Source of the DNA: Octopus sinensis | Taxonomy: Eukaryota | Direction: 5' to 3' | Assembly (NCBI RefSeq): GCF_006345805.1 | Contig: NC_043003.1 | Coordinates: forward strand, 12,524,001-12,588,000 | DNA length: 64,000 bases | Part shown: positions 50,723 through 63,392 of the stretch, piece after piece | Layout of the letters: each line of letters opens with the position of its first letter | Position numbering within the stretch: the stretch's first letter is position 1 | Program-made: the position numbers and the translations under genes | Notes under the pieces: model-generated | Told to the model about the DNA's origin: nothing | Databases searched by the model: none | What the model saw: only the letters and a program-made list of their open reading frames with translations

Positions 50723-51803
50723 AAGTCCTTGTATTCTAATAACTTCTTTCCTCAAGCTGCTGCTCTCTGGATCTCATAACCATTATCTTGTTTTCCTCTT
50801 GTCTGTATTTAGTCCTTTTAACTTCCTGTCACTTCATATCTTTTAAAATTTGTAGATCTTCTCTTCCTTCTTTGTGATCCCCTATGCTGCAGTGGCCTCA
50901 ATCCTTGTTTGGAACAAAATCATATAAAAAAAAATTTGATGGAAATAAAGGATAAACCTTTTATATCTTGTTTATTGGGAAGGTCATTACACCAATAATA
51001 ACACAGGCACTGGTTCACTAGCACTTCTTTATTAGTCAATTTGTTAAATACCTAACCAACTAACTAATCAACCATTTCTTTAATGTGCTGGTTAAACAGT
51101 CAGTCCCTAATCACCTTTTCAGTGACTTGCTCTCTCTCTTCAAGGTCTGCTTTGAGACTCAGATATGAAGCTTATATCTATAACAAACTATATAAAACCA
51201 TATTTTTACTTAGAATGAGAGGTTGGATCTATCCAGTTTGAATATAAAACAGGTAGAATATTTTGGCCAGATGCAGCTGGTTTAAATGCTAAAGGGTTAA
51301 GGTACAATGTGTTGTCATAAACTGTGAACAGGATAGTGAGTCATATGGGAAGGGTTGTAATTGTATGCCCCTTTGGAGTTGGGGGTGAGGATTGGAAGAT
51401 GAGTGCAGGAAAAAGATCATAGCAAAATTTTAACTGGAAGACAATATGGTGTGCTATCTAACACTATTTTGTTTTTAACACCAGCTGTAGTTTTAAAGTG
51501 GAAATTCTTAAAATAACTTTCTCGCTTAAACTTACTCTTGTTCAAAAAAATAGAATATATAAAGATGATGATAAGACATAACTGTGATAAATAATGCTAT
51601 TCAGCAGCAGCATTGTAGTAGTTTTTTGTTTTTTCATTTTGGTATGAGATGGACAGTACCAATAACAACCCTTCTTTGTAACTTGGTTACATATCTTCTC
51701 ATAACTACTTCTTTCCAGATCATAGCACCTTCCATAATCAACTGATCTTGTTTTTTTCATGCAGTGTTTAACTAAAGTTTGCTTAATATTCATCCTCATT
51801 ATT

Positions 51804-51808
<5 letters not shown>

Positions 51809-51853
<45 letters not shown>

Positions 51854-52265
51854 CTCTCTCTCACTTTCTCTCTCTCTCTCTCTCTCTCTCCTGTTTTCTC
51901 TGTGTGTGTGTGTGTGTTTATATATATATATATAATGTGGCTGTGTGGTAAGTAGTTTGCTTACCAACCGCATGGTTCTGGGTTCAGTTTCATTATGTGG
52001 CATCTTGGGCAAGTGTCTTTTACTATAGCCTTATGAATGGATTTAGTAGATGGAAACTGAAAGAAACCAGTTGTATATATATATGTGTGCGTGTGTATGT
52101 TTGTGTGTCTGTGTTTGTCGTCCCAACATCACTTGACAACCAATGCTGGTGTGTTTACGTGCTCGTAAACTAGGCTTACAAAGAATAAGTACTTGGGTTG
52201 ATTTGCTCAACTAAAGGCAGTGCTCCAGCATGGCTGCAGTCAAATGACTGACACGGGTAAAAGAA
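51809..52265 (+). mobile_element. (CT)n/(GT)n/(TA)n tract followed by SINE family B
   Basis: Microsatellite 51809-51933, SINE head from about 51936. Confidence 0.8.
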
Positions 52266-52269
52266 TATA

Positions 52270-52940
52270 TATGCATATGCTGATGTCGCATGAAAAGGAC
52301 CTGTGCTGATACCACATGAAAAGTGCTGGTACCATGTAAAAAGCAGCCAGTATATTCTGTAAAGTGGTATGCACACATACATACAAGAGTGTCCAGCCAT
52401 AGAAACCTTTCCAGCTCCTGTCAAACCAGTCAACTCATGCCAGCAGGGAGAAAGGATGTTAAATGATGATGATTGATGATATATGTGTGTGTAGGGCATC
52501 TCGCTGTAGAAACTCTGCCAGATCAAGACTGGAGCCTGGTGCAGCCATCTGGTTGCCAGCCCTCAGTCAAAACCGTCCAACCCATGCTAGCATGGAGAAC
52601 GGACTTTAAATGATGATGATGATATATATGTGTGTGTGTGTGTGTGTGGAGGCGCAATGGCCCAGTGGTTAGGGCAACGGACTTGCGGTTAGAGGATCAC
52701 AGTTTCGATTCCCAGACCGGGCGTTGTGTGTGTTTATGGAGCAAAAACACCTAAAAGCTCTACGGGGAGGGGGTGGGCTGTTGTACTCTTTCACCACAAC
52801 TTTCTCTCATTCTTTCTTCCCGTTTCTTGAGTAACGCTGCGATGGACTGGCGTCCTGTCCAGCTGGGGGGAACACATACTCTACAGAAACTGGGAAACCA
52901 GGCCCATGAGCTTGGCTAGGCTTGAAAAGGGCGACATTTA
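52270..52940 (+). mobile_element. Two family C tails followed by a family A SINE (52648-52940)
   Basis: (GAT)n-ended tails at about 52478 and 52623; ggaggcgcaatggcccagtggttagggc head at 52648. Confidence 0.8.
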
Positions 52941-52959
52941 TCATGTATATATATATATA

Positions 52960-55312
52960 TAATATATAAAATAAAGATGTGTGTGTATTTGCTTTTCACA
53001 TGAAAATGGTTACCAGTTACTTCCATACTTGTGATGCTTGAATAATTTGACCTCAGACACATAATAGGATCTTCAGTTAATTCTTTTATCAAAATTAAAT
53101 AAAAAGATATTATTTTCTGATTCACTTCTTTAAAAAGGTTTCTCAACATCAACTTCCAGTATTGACATAAAAACGGCGAAGTCTCTCACTCTCTGTTTTA
53201 ATGTTCAGTATTTGTAAATAACTGTAAATTACTGAAAGAAATATTTATGAAGTTCACAAATTTAAATATTCAGTACAAGATAGGTTTTATTGTGCTTTTA
53301 TTTATACAATTTTTTCATTCCATGTTCGTCTCATTCATTTTCTGCAATGTTTTCTCTCTCTCTCTCTCACATACACGCACGCGCGCGCACACATACACAC
53401 ACACACACACACACACTCCAGGTTTGATTTCATTCTGAACTCGCACACTTTGTTAATTTCCGTAAAAATTTTTGATTTATTTTTCTTTTCGTACGCCATA
53501 TTCAGCTCTGTTTTTGGATGTATGCTTATGTACATTGATGTATGTGTGTGTGCGTGAGTAAAGGGGTGTGTTGTCATGTAATACGTACATGCATAAATAC
53601 ATATGCATACATCTTTTTTCTATGTATGTGTGTGTGTGTGTGTGATAGAGAGAGAGAGAGAGAGTGGTGTCCAAGTGGCTCTCCCTCTCGTTCTCTCTCT
53701 CTCTGCCATGCACACATGCATACAAGAGATTTATGCCTATTTATTTATGTATGTGCGTATACGTGACAACACACCCCTTCACTTGCTCTCTCTCTCTGTC
53801 TCACACACACAAACATGTCCATTTCAGCTGATGTTTGATACTCTGTGTGTGTGTGGTGTGTGTGCGTGCATGCATGCATGCTGTGTTCGACAATCATCAG
53901 AAAAAAGCAGAGGAATTTTCTTTCTTGATGCTCCTGGTGGCACCTGTAAAACATTTGTAACATTGCTTCTCTCCAACGTAAGGTAACAAAAAAGAATTGC
54001 AGCTGCTGTACCATTGTTGGCTTTGCTGCCATTATTCTCCCAGGAGGACAAACGGCACATTCTGCTTTTAAATTACCATTAAACCTGGTCACAATTGACA
54101 GTCCAATTTGTAACATAAGCAAAGATTCAGGTTTTGACGATGCCACCTTATCATTTGAGATGAATGCACCATGTCACGTAGAAGCTGTTGGTAAGACCTC
54201 ACAGGACATCAGAGGCAACACTAAATCTATGGGAGGAATTACATTAGTTTAACCAAGAGACCTCAGACAGACATTACCAGTCATTCTGAGATTAAAAAGA
54301 TCTGATGAAATAAAAGCATGCATTAAGTCTTCACACCAATGGAATAAAGTACTGGAATTCTTCTTCAATACTAATGTGCGAGCTTTATTACATGGGGACC
54401 AATGTAATAAATAGGTCCTCCATTTAGGATATGGGAAAGTACCATTTGGCTCATATTTCTATCATGGTGAATTCCCCAGCTGAATTGAAGAACAGGGTAT
54501 TTCCAGGCTAAAGTGATAATTATAATTCACATAAATGGTTGTGTGAAAAGGCAATTCTTGCTCCAAAAATGAGACAGTAGCAAGAATTAACCATGAATTA
54601 ATGAATAAGATTCCAACAGTCATTAAGAAGTACAAAGCAGTTGATTCAGTCCTTCATGAAAATTAAGCTGTCCATTACTCAACAGAGTTCCTTAATTCTC
54701 TTGAGCCACCTGAAACTCCTCCACATAAACTTTTTCTGAAGGTAGGAGTCCCCATAATGCTTCTAAGAAATTTAGATCCTCAATTATGCAATGGGACAAG
54801 GTTGATTGTGAAGACATTACCACCTAAAGTGACAGAAGCTACCATTATCAATGGATGTGCCTCTGGGGAAGAGTCTTTCAGTTCAAGAATTCCAATCAAA
54901 TCATCAGACATGCAATTTGAGTTCAAATGAACACAATTCCCAGTGCGACTTTACTTTGCAATGTCTGTCAATAAAGCTCAAGGTCAATCTTTGATATCTA
55001 CTGGCTTGCTTTTCTCATGGTCACCTTTATGTTGGTTGCTCCAGGGTAGGTAGTTTGCAAGACTTATTTGTCTCTGCTCCAAACCAGAAAACAAAGAATG
55101 TTGTTTACCCAGAAGCTCTTTCGTAATTTCCTTCAACATATGTGGTAGAATTTATCTCTTTTCATAAAAGTAGTAAATTTTGTATTTTCAGTTGTTGTTG
55201 TTGTCGTCATCGTCGTCGTCCTCATCCTCGTCATCATCATCATTATTATTATTTTGAATTCAGAATATAAGGAAAAATTTCATTTTTGGGCAACACTGGG
55301 TGTCTCTGCTAA
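52960..55312 (+). mobile_element. Decayed Helitron carrying PIF1-like helicase pseudogene (about 53900-55126)
   Basis: FFLDAPGGTCKTF (Walker A), [102 protein letters not shown]; stops and frameshifts; 3' end gggcaacactggg...ctaa; 5' boundary approximate. Confidence 0.9.
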
Positions 55313-55664
55313 TCTTTATATATAAAAGTCAAGTTGTGTGTCTGTCTCCTACGATTTAGATTCCTAACTACTCCCACATTTTGCAGTGCAGTTTAACCAA
55401 AACCAGGTATCTTATAGTCGTGATTCATATCGAGCCCTTCTGGGTATTAGTGCGCGTCTACGATGAGTCTACAATTTTAAAAATAATTTACCATCATTTT
55501 TTTCCATTTTAATGCATTTTTTCGCTATTATATAAGGGAAGTAACTCTCTAAAAATGTCTACGATGAGTCAACGATTTAAAAAAAAATTTACCATCATTT
55601 TTTCCCCATTTTTAATGCATTTTTTTCCCTTACAAACCCGAGCAACGCCAGGTGATACTGCTAG
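55313..55664 (+). mobile_element. Non-autonomous Helitron
   Basis: a|TCtttatatataaaag ... cccgagcaacgccagg...CTAG|t; same family as 12302-12688. Confidence 0.88.
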
Positions 55665-55706
55665 TATATATATAATGTTATAATGGATTTTGTTTGTTGT
55701 TTATAG

Positions 55707-55813
55707 CTCTGGACGATCTCATGGCTAACTTTGAAGATGATAACAGCTCTACCACATCATCTATGTCTCCCTCTACTGGAAGTGGTGGAAAAGATACAGC
55801 TGATGGAACAAAG
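55707..55813 (+). CDS. PPFIBP: Liprin-beta-like linker exon (ALDDLMANFEDDNSSTTSSMSPSTGSGGKDTADGTK)
   Basis: tgtttatag acceptor, AAG|gtatgg donor, phase 1 to 0, in frame with the previous exon. Confidence 0.85.
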
Positions 55814-56351
55814 GTATGGGATTTTTCTTGATTTTTTTTCTTTTTCTAATTAATACAATTTCTATTAACATATAAAGTGTTGTTCTCTCTCTCTCTTTCT
55901 GCTGTTATCTCAATTATTTTTGGAAACAAATTCTTTATCTATCTATATTTTTAATAATTTGTCTTTTATTCCATTAGCAAAATGAAGATGATTTCATTTC
56001 CTTTCTGGAAAATCAAAAGCTCAAAGCTTGGCTTCTTTGAAAGCATTCGATATTTAAATTAGTTCACTATTTCAGTAATTCTGATCTGATGATCAATAGT
56101 AACATAAGACAGTTTTTACTATAGAGCTAAACTGCATTTAATATATTGTCCAAAATTAATTCATCTTAAATTGAATACATTTTTTTGAAAAATCAATGCA
56201 ACCTAAATGCCTTTTAATACATCTACCTTAAATGAATGAAATCAATATTTTGTATTACTGTTTTACTAATCAATCAATACAAACCTATCATCTATATAGA
56301 ATTTTGTTTTCTTTTAAAAAAATGACACCTTTCTTTTCTATTTGCTTACAG

Positions 56352-56406
56352 TCTGACGATTCAAAAGACAAACATTTATCTGGCCCTAGTGCCACAAGTA
56401 CACCAG
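56352..56406 (+). CDS. PPFIBP: Liprin-beta-like linker exon (SDDSKDKHLSGPSATSTP)
   Basis: tttgcttacag acceptor, CAG|gtatgt donor, phase 0 to 1. Confidence 0.82.
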
Positions 56407-56556
56407 GTATGTATTTCCATTCCATAGTTTTTTTTTTGTTTTTTGTTTTTTTTTTTTGGGGGGGGGGGTTATGTAAATGTAAACCAACATGGTATTAGTA
56501 TACTAGTATACTAAATAGTCTGTGGAAATTCATTTACAAAATCATACATTAATTTT

Positions 56557-57312
56557 TATTCTATTTTGTTATCAGAACATTCTTTTAAACTAGTAGTTCT
56601 CAAATGGGGTCCCCATGACCCTGGGGGAAGAGTCCATGTAAGAGTTACTAAAATTTATGTACAATAAATCTATTACATTTCTATAATACAAAAGAGTTTT
56701 TTTATTTAATTTCTAATAATATTTAATTATAAAAATATAATATTATTCTATTTTGTTATCAGAACATTCTTTTAAACTAGTAGTTCTCAAATGGGGTCCC
56801 CATGACCCTGGGGGAAGAGTCCATGTAAGAGTTACTAAAATTTATGTACAATAAATCTATTACATTTCTATAATACAAAAGAGTTTTTTTATTTAATTTC
56901 TAATAATATTTAATTATAAAAATATAATATTATTCTATTTTGTTATCAGAACATTCTTTTAAACTAGTAGTTCTCAAATGGGGTCCCCATGACCCTGGGG
57001 GAAGAGTCCATGTAAGAGTTACTAAAATTTATGTACAATAAATCTATTACATTTCTATAATACAAAAGAGTTTTTTTATTTAATTTCTAATAATATTTAA
57101 TTATAAAAATATAATATTATTCTATTTTGTTAGCAGAACATTCTTTTAAATCAGTAGTTCTCAACTGGGGTCCGCATGACCCTTGGTGGGTGGGTGGTGG
57201 GGTGTCCATGTAAGAGTTAGTTGCTAAAATTTATGTGCAATAAATACACAAGATATTTCAACAGTTTTTTTTTTAATACAACTTCTAATAATATTTAATT
57301 ATAAAAATATAA
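56557..57312. repeat. 187-bp tandem repeat, three near-identical units plus one diverged unit
   Basis: ctattttgtta recurs at 56561, 56748, 56935 and 57122 (period 187). Confidence 0.95.
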
Positions 57313-57403
57313 GGATTTTAAAAACTTCAAATGTATATGGGGATCCAGTAGACTAAAAAAGGAATCGGGGTGTCCACATGCAAAAAATGGTTGAGAACCA
57401 CTT
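57152..57403. mobile_element. hAT (Charlie-like) MITE
   Basis: TIRs cagtagttctcaac ... gttgagaaccactt; flanked by ttttaaat / ttttaacc, a plausible decayed 8-bp TSD. Confidence 0.72.
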
Positions 57404-57409
57404 TTTTAA

Positions 57410-57631
57410 CCCTTTCGTTACCATATTTATTTTGAGATGCTCTGTGTTTCTTTCATTTAATTTTAAATATGACAAAGAATTTAGTAAAATAGTTTTGTTA
57501 TCATGAAGCTTGTGTTAGAAACATAAATTGTGAGTAAGGTTTGGTGGAAGATTATCATTCAAAACTTATGCAAACAAGACATTTGTACTACAGAGCCAGA
57601 GTCAGTTTCAGCTGGGTTGGTATTGAAAGGG
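57410..57631. mobile_element. TTAA MITE family P1 (inverted relative to 4800-5016)
   Basis: ttaa|ccctttcgttacc ... ggtattgaaaggg. Confidence 0.8.
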
Positions 57632-59309
57632 TTGAATCTTTAGTTAAGGATGATGATAATGCCCATAATTCTTTACAGGGCCCCTTAGATTAGTAGAAGT
57701 GGGTGTGGAAGGTGTCCCCAAACCAGAGGATTGCTTTAAATATTTTTAACAGTGTAGACTTTACTAGAAGCACCCAACATGCTGGGGATAGTGTTAAACT
57801 GGGCAGCAGATCACATCTGTCATCCATGGTGGGATTTAAACTCAGAATGTAAAGGGCTGGAATAAATATCACAAGGCATTTGATCCAGTGTTATTACATT
57901 TCCTCTAATCTTCTACCCAGCAGTGGGTACCTTTTTACAAAACAATGAAAGGCAAAGATGACTTCAGCAGGATTTAAACTCAGAGTCCTGAGTCAGAACT
58001 AAAACCATGAGTTACTCTATCCAACTTTTTTATCATCATCAGTGGTTTTACATCCATTTCTCCATGCTTGCATGGGTTAGACAGAATATAGTGAGGTGGA
58101 TTTTCTGTGGCCAGATACCTTTCCTGACACCAATTTTCACCAGTTTTTAAGCGGAGTAACACAGATGTGCTCACACACACACACAGACTTCATCAGTCAA
58201 ACCCACTGGCAAGGCTTTGTTGGCCTGGAGCTATAGTAGAAGACACTTGCTCAAGATGTTATGCAGTGGGATTGATCTTGAAACCATATGGTTGGAAAGC
58301 AAATTTCTTAACCACACAGCCATGCCTGTAAAAATTTGGGATAGAAAACATAAGGCAGTGACAAAAATGATTGTTTTGCACTGGAACTAGTAAATATAAT
58401 TAATTGAATGGATGTGTATTTATCAAGTTTGTTCCTTCCCCAAATGGTCCAAGATTGCTAATTAATTGACTGGATGACTACTAACAAATATTATCTCAAT
58501 ATAAACTGAAATGGTCTCTGAGGTAATTGAAAAGAGATAAGTTTCTAACAAGCCAATCCTCAACCTGCTGTGAGTTAATGAGGGAGCCTCTGTATGAATG
58601 CTTGACTTGCTAGAAATAACAGCCAAATCTCTTTCTTTTCAAACCCTAACATGGTAAGAGTAAGATACATTGGATGATGTGATTCCGAATGTATAGTGCC
58701 TGACAAAAGGGGGTTAGGTGTGGGTGGGCGAAATGTGGTTGCAGCTGAAATGTCTTTGGTTATAAATCTATTCAATTAATACTGACCTGGGATTAATCAA
58801 CAACAACAACTGGACTTCTGGAATGGTCAGGTATGACATGAAGCTGTTGCAACCTTTACTAGAAATAACAACCAAATTTCCCTCATATCATACCATACTA
58901 TCTAAAAAGGATCAAGACACGCAAACTAATGTGGCCCTGGAGAGTGCACAATGCCTGAAAAAGACAAGCTGCCCTTGGCTGAAATATCTTTGGTCACAAG
59001 TCTGTTTAATCTGTGATGATGACCTTGGGCTAAACAACAGCTTTTTTTTTTGTTTTTGTTTTTATTAGTTGAAACTATTTAATTTTATTTATTCTGCTAA
59101 TGTCATTTGAAAAACCAATTCCATTTCATCACATTCTGAATTTAAGTGATAATTACCCATTCATGGATACCATTGAGTAAGAAGAGTCACATAAAACACT
59201 GGTATTTGCTGTTTTCTATTATTGGGGATATTTTTTTTTTACAATTAGTGGGTTATCCCTCTCTCTCTCTCTTTCGGAGAGGCACAAGCACCTAGACGCA
59301 CATATACAC

Positions 59310-60010
59310 ACGCGGCAGTAACTTCCGCCTGCCGAATTCAATCACAAAGCTTCGGTCGGCTCGGGGCTATAGCAGAAGACACCTACCCAAAGTGCCACGC
59401 AGTGGGACTGAACCCGAAACCATGTAGCTAGGAAGCCAGCTCCCTAACCACACAGCCATGCCCGCGCCTAATGCTAATTTTTCAATTAGCATAGTTGTGT
59501 GGCTAAGGAGCTTGTTTTGGGTTACATCCTAATGTGCAGTACCTTGAGCAAACATTCAGGCTGACCAATGGTCCGTAAATGAATTTCGTGGATGGAAACT
59601 TTGTGGAAGCTCATCGCACTGGCCCCTGTGCCGGTGGCACATAAAAAGCACCCACTACACTCTCGAAGTGGTTGGCGTTAGGAAGGGCATCCAGCTGTAG
59701 AAACACTGCCAGATCAGACTGGAGCCTGGTGCAGCCTCCTGGCTTCACAAACCCCAGTCGAACCATCCAACCCATGCTAGCATGGAAAACGGACGTTAAA
59801 CGATGATGATGATGATTCCCACTATCATTTGACAACCAGTGTTGGTTTGCTTACCCCACTGTAACTTAGCGGTTTGGCAAAAGAGACTGATAGAATAAGT
59901 ACCAGACTTAAAAGCTAGTTACTAACGCCAGTTTGTTCAGCTAAACCCTTCAAGATGTGCTCCAACATGGCCACAGTCCAATGACTTAAACAAGTAATAG
60001 ATAAAGGGTA
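59310..60010. mobile_element. Head-to-head family B SINEs with a family C fragment (59611-59816) nested in the second
   Basis: Minus-strand head 59310-59470, plus-strand copy from about 59485 to tail at 60010. Confidence 0.75.
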
Positions 60011-60034
60011 AAGGCTATCTCACTTCAGTTTTAA

Positions 60035-60262
60035 CCCTTTTGATACCAACCTGGTTGAAACTGCATTTGATTCTATAATACAAATGTCTTGTTTTCAAAA
60101 GCTCTGAATTAAAACCTTCTACAAAACCTTAGTCATAACACTAAGCTTCCTAACACTAGCTTAATGATAACTAAGTTATTTTATTAAACTCTTAGTTATA
60201 TTTATATGAAATTAATTGAAAGAAACACAGAAAATCTCAACAGAACCATGGTAACAGAAGGG
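60035..60262. mobile_element. TTAA MITE family P1
   Basis: ttaa|cccttttgatacc ... ggtaacagaaggg|ttaa. Confidence 0.8.
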
Positions 60263-60454
60263 TTAATGGAATTTTGGCTGTGTTTTGTTTACTGTCATTT
60301 GCAATTACTTTAACTGCTAGCTTCTCTTAACTTCTGTGCAAATGAAAATAAAAATACAAAACACACGTATACATACTAAATCTTTTAAAATGTGTATAAA
60401 TTTTTCTTATGGAAATTGAAATATTTTTTCTCTCTTTCACTTCTAAATTTAAAG

Positions 60455-60606
60455 GCAGTACAACAGTGAAACAGAGATCCAATAGCCAAGACAAAGCACA
60501 AGTTAGTCCAATATCGCCTGCTTTGGGGGATGCTGAATTAGATCAACGGGCAGGAACTTTTGTTCGTTCAAACAGTTGTGAAGAAATATCAAATTCAACA
60601 GAAAAA
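60455..60606 (+). CDS. PPFIBP: Liprin-beta-like linker exon (GSTTVKQRSNSQDK...FVRSNSCEEISNSTEK)
   Basis: Pyrimidine tract then AAG acceptor giving phase 1 (an in-frame CAG 12 nt downstream, start 60467, is also possible); donor AAA|gtgagt; coding-like composition. Confidence 0.8.
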
Positions 60607-61146
60607 GTGAGTGCTGCTATTATTTTCATTATTTTTAAATACACATCAAAAGAAAAAAAAAAAAAAACCTCTATTTTCTTTATGTAATATATTCATTAAA
60701 GTCAGGCATCATGTATAAAGGATCATCTTTCATTTTGTTGGCTGTTTTAACACAGCTGATGTTGTAATTGTAGCTTTTATTTTCTTTAGAGTCTGATGCA
60801 TCTTCAGTTTTCTTTAAATACAAAAACAAAAACACATCAATTCACAAAGAAGTTTATCATCATTTTCAATGCAGTTACAGTAATAGATGCTCACCATTTA
60901 TTATTATTGTTACACCAATATAATCCATTAAGAAATCATTATCATATTTCAAGGTGGTAAGCTGGCTGAATCAGCAGATTGTTGAGAAAAGTAATTAGTG
61001 GCATTTGTTCGAGTTCTTTGTGGTCTGAGTTCAACCCCCACTGATGTCAAATCTACTTTTCGTCGTCCCCTTAATATCACCAGTCTTGTGCTTAAATCAT
61101 AAATCATTATTATTGTGTTTTCAACTGTTTTATGCAAGCTTGTTGT

Positions 61147-61440
61147 TGTTTGCTCCTTCTCGAGCCATGCCTGGCTCATAAGGGCCAGTTTCCTTGGCAT
61201 ATAGGTTCCCCACCTGGACGGGACGCCGGTCCGTCGCAGGTGAGCTGCAAGATGCAGGAGGAAAGTGTGAGAGAAAGTTGAGGCGAAAGAAGCAGCAGAA
61301 GTTCGCCATTACCTTCTGCCGGAGCCACGTGGAGCTTAGGTGTTTTGCTCATAAGCACACTCTTCGCCCGGTCTGAGAATAGAACCCGCAATCCCTCGAC
61401 CGCAAGTCTGCTGCTCTAACAACTAGGCCATGTGCCTCCA
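61147..61440 (-). mobile_element. SINE, family A relative
   Basis: Minus-strand head ggaggcacatggcctagttgttagagcagcagac; target duplication caagcttgttgt at 61135-61146 and 61441-61452. Confidence 0.85.
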
Positions 61441-62416
61441 CAAGCTTGTTGTGCTCCACCATGTGCATCTTTATGTTCTTGAGGTGTGTGCTGCATTTTC
61501 TAAACAGGCTTCTGCACAATCTCCATCCTATGCTCCCACCTACAACTTCAGAAATCCTACCAACTGCCCACTGGGATCCTGCCTCTTCAAAGCCATGGTC
61601 CATACATCCACCCTCACATCATCCAGTGGTATTGTGAGATAATGTACAAGTATGATGGCCAACAATTTCAAGTGAAAATACTTGCAGCATATGCACTCCT
61701 CCAGGTGTAGGTACAACAAAAACTCCACCCCTCTGTCCCACCTCACCCAGTATTAAATGGAGTATACTTAACAGGGTCCCACCTTACTTGCCTGAATTCA
61801 TAATTGCCATTTTAGCCTCTGAGAAACACTGTACATACTCCTACAAATTGCAGTATCCATTATTAGAAACACAGATATTTCATATTGTTGTCATCAAACC
61901 ACTGACCCCTGATAATTCCTAATATATTATCCTGGACGGCTCTATTATGCATGCTGCCTGTACAGAGATTACTGCCCTCCAGTGATCCAGTAGGCATACT
62001 TGGTACATCTGTGCCATCAATGGTCAGTACACATCACTGATGAAGTGGCATTAACATCTTACCTTCTTTCATATGTGGTGAGTCTTCACTTACCATCTGT
62101 TGTCGCAAAGTTACCACTACATCCACATGGCTGTAACTGACCATCAGACATTATACTCTCTCTCTCTCATACATAAGCCATTTCTCACCACCCCAAATAC
62201 TACACTGACCAAGTGACATTGTTATCTGCCTGCTTTAACACAAGGAGTGCTTCCATCCATTATCTGCTTGTGTTGAGTTATCACTACATCAATGTGACCT
62301 GAACTGACCAAAGCTGGTTAAGTCCTCTCTCTAATAAAGAAGTTCTTTTGGTTTTCTTCAATTTGCTTTTGAATGTCTGAGGAGATGGGTGTGCTTCCAC
62401 ATCCATGAAACTTTAA

Positions 62417-62637
62417 CCCTTTAGTATTCACGTTATTCTGTCAAAAGTAATACTTATTTATTCACATTGTTTTAAATTAATCCTGCATTATCTTGTAGCT
62501 TTGAGATTTTGATGAAGTAACTATTCATATTTAGAATTATATAGTAGGGCTGGTGTGAGAGGCCAGATCTGGCCAATTTGAACATAAAACAAGGGAGAAT
62601 ATTTTGGCCAGATATGGCCGGTTTAAATGCTGAAGGG
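62417..62637. mobile_element. TTAA MITE family P2
   Basis: ttaa|ccctttagtattca ... aaatgctgaaggg|ttaa; related copies near 4160-4380, 50010-50233 and 51215-51300. Confidence 0.8.
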
Positions 62638-63392
62638 TTAAATCAATCAGTTACTCAGTAAATATAATTCTAACTATATACGTTGATTACTACTTCTCTT
62701 CGTTTGTTCACTTGTAAGTAAATGTTTGGAAGGTTCGTTAAAAGTAGTTGATAATTAACAATGATGATGGGTGTACCAAAAACATAATAGCCTGAGTAAA
62801 AATAGGGTAGGTAATGTTCAGGGAGCTGTTATTTCTGTACTGACAAAAGATTTCCATTTTCATGGTAAAAGGCAGATTGTATAATGCTTGTGTATGGTGG
62901 TGGTGTTGCATGAGTGAAGCATGGGTCTTTAATGAAGCAAACATGCTTCACAGAAGACATAATGTTAGTATACATGAAGAAATTTGCATGAATGGGTTAG
63001 AAAAAAAAACTAGAGATACGAGGTGTTAAATTAAGTATACAAGAGAGAAAACTTTTATGGGCATATAATACACGTGAAGGATGACAGGTGTAAAGAAGTG
63101 TGCAGCACTCCAGGCAGATTGAACCTGTGGAAAAGAGACACTCAGGAAGGCATTGACAAAATGATGAAGACGTTACTTTCCTCTGTAACACATTATATAA
63201 AAATTACTTACATTTAATGTTTAGAACATTTTTATTTCTTTGCACTGAAGGTTTATACAGATCTTCTACATACCACCAAACTTAGTGATATAACCCATTA
63301 TTGAAGGCAAAAACTTACAGATTTATCTCTTATAGATATATATCACCAGTTATAGAAATTCTGTAAAAGTAAATATATTTCTCATATTTCAG

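Noticed and set aside
53900-55126. Host PIF1 helicase gene
   Set aside because: Intronless, full of stops and frameshifts, with Helitron-type helicase motifs and terminus
60790-60960. Open phase-0 frame after an acceptor-like tttctttag
   Set aside because: Low-complexity AT-rich codons, no convincing donor, and it ends in a SINE
542-63191. Most entries of the six-frame ORF track as genes
   Set aside because: They derive from SINEs, microsatellites or random AT-rich sequence; recurring peptides such as CPRCHAVGLNPEP and LQLDALPNANH are translations of repeat copies
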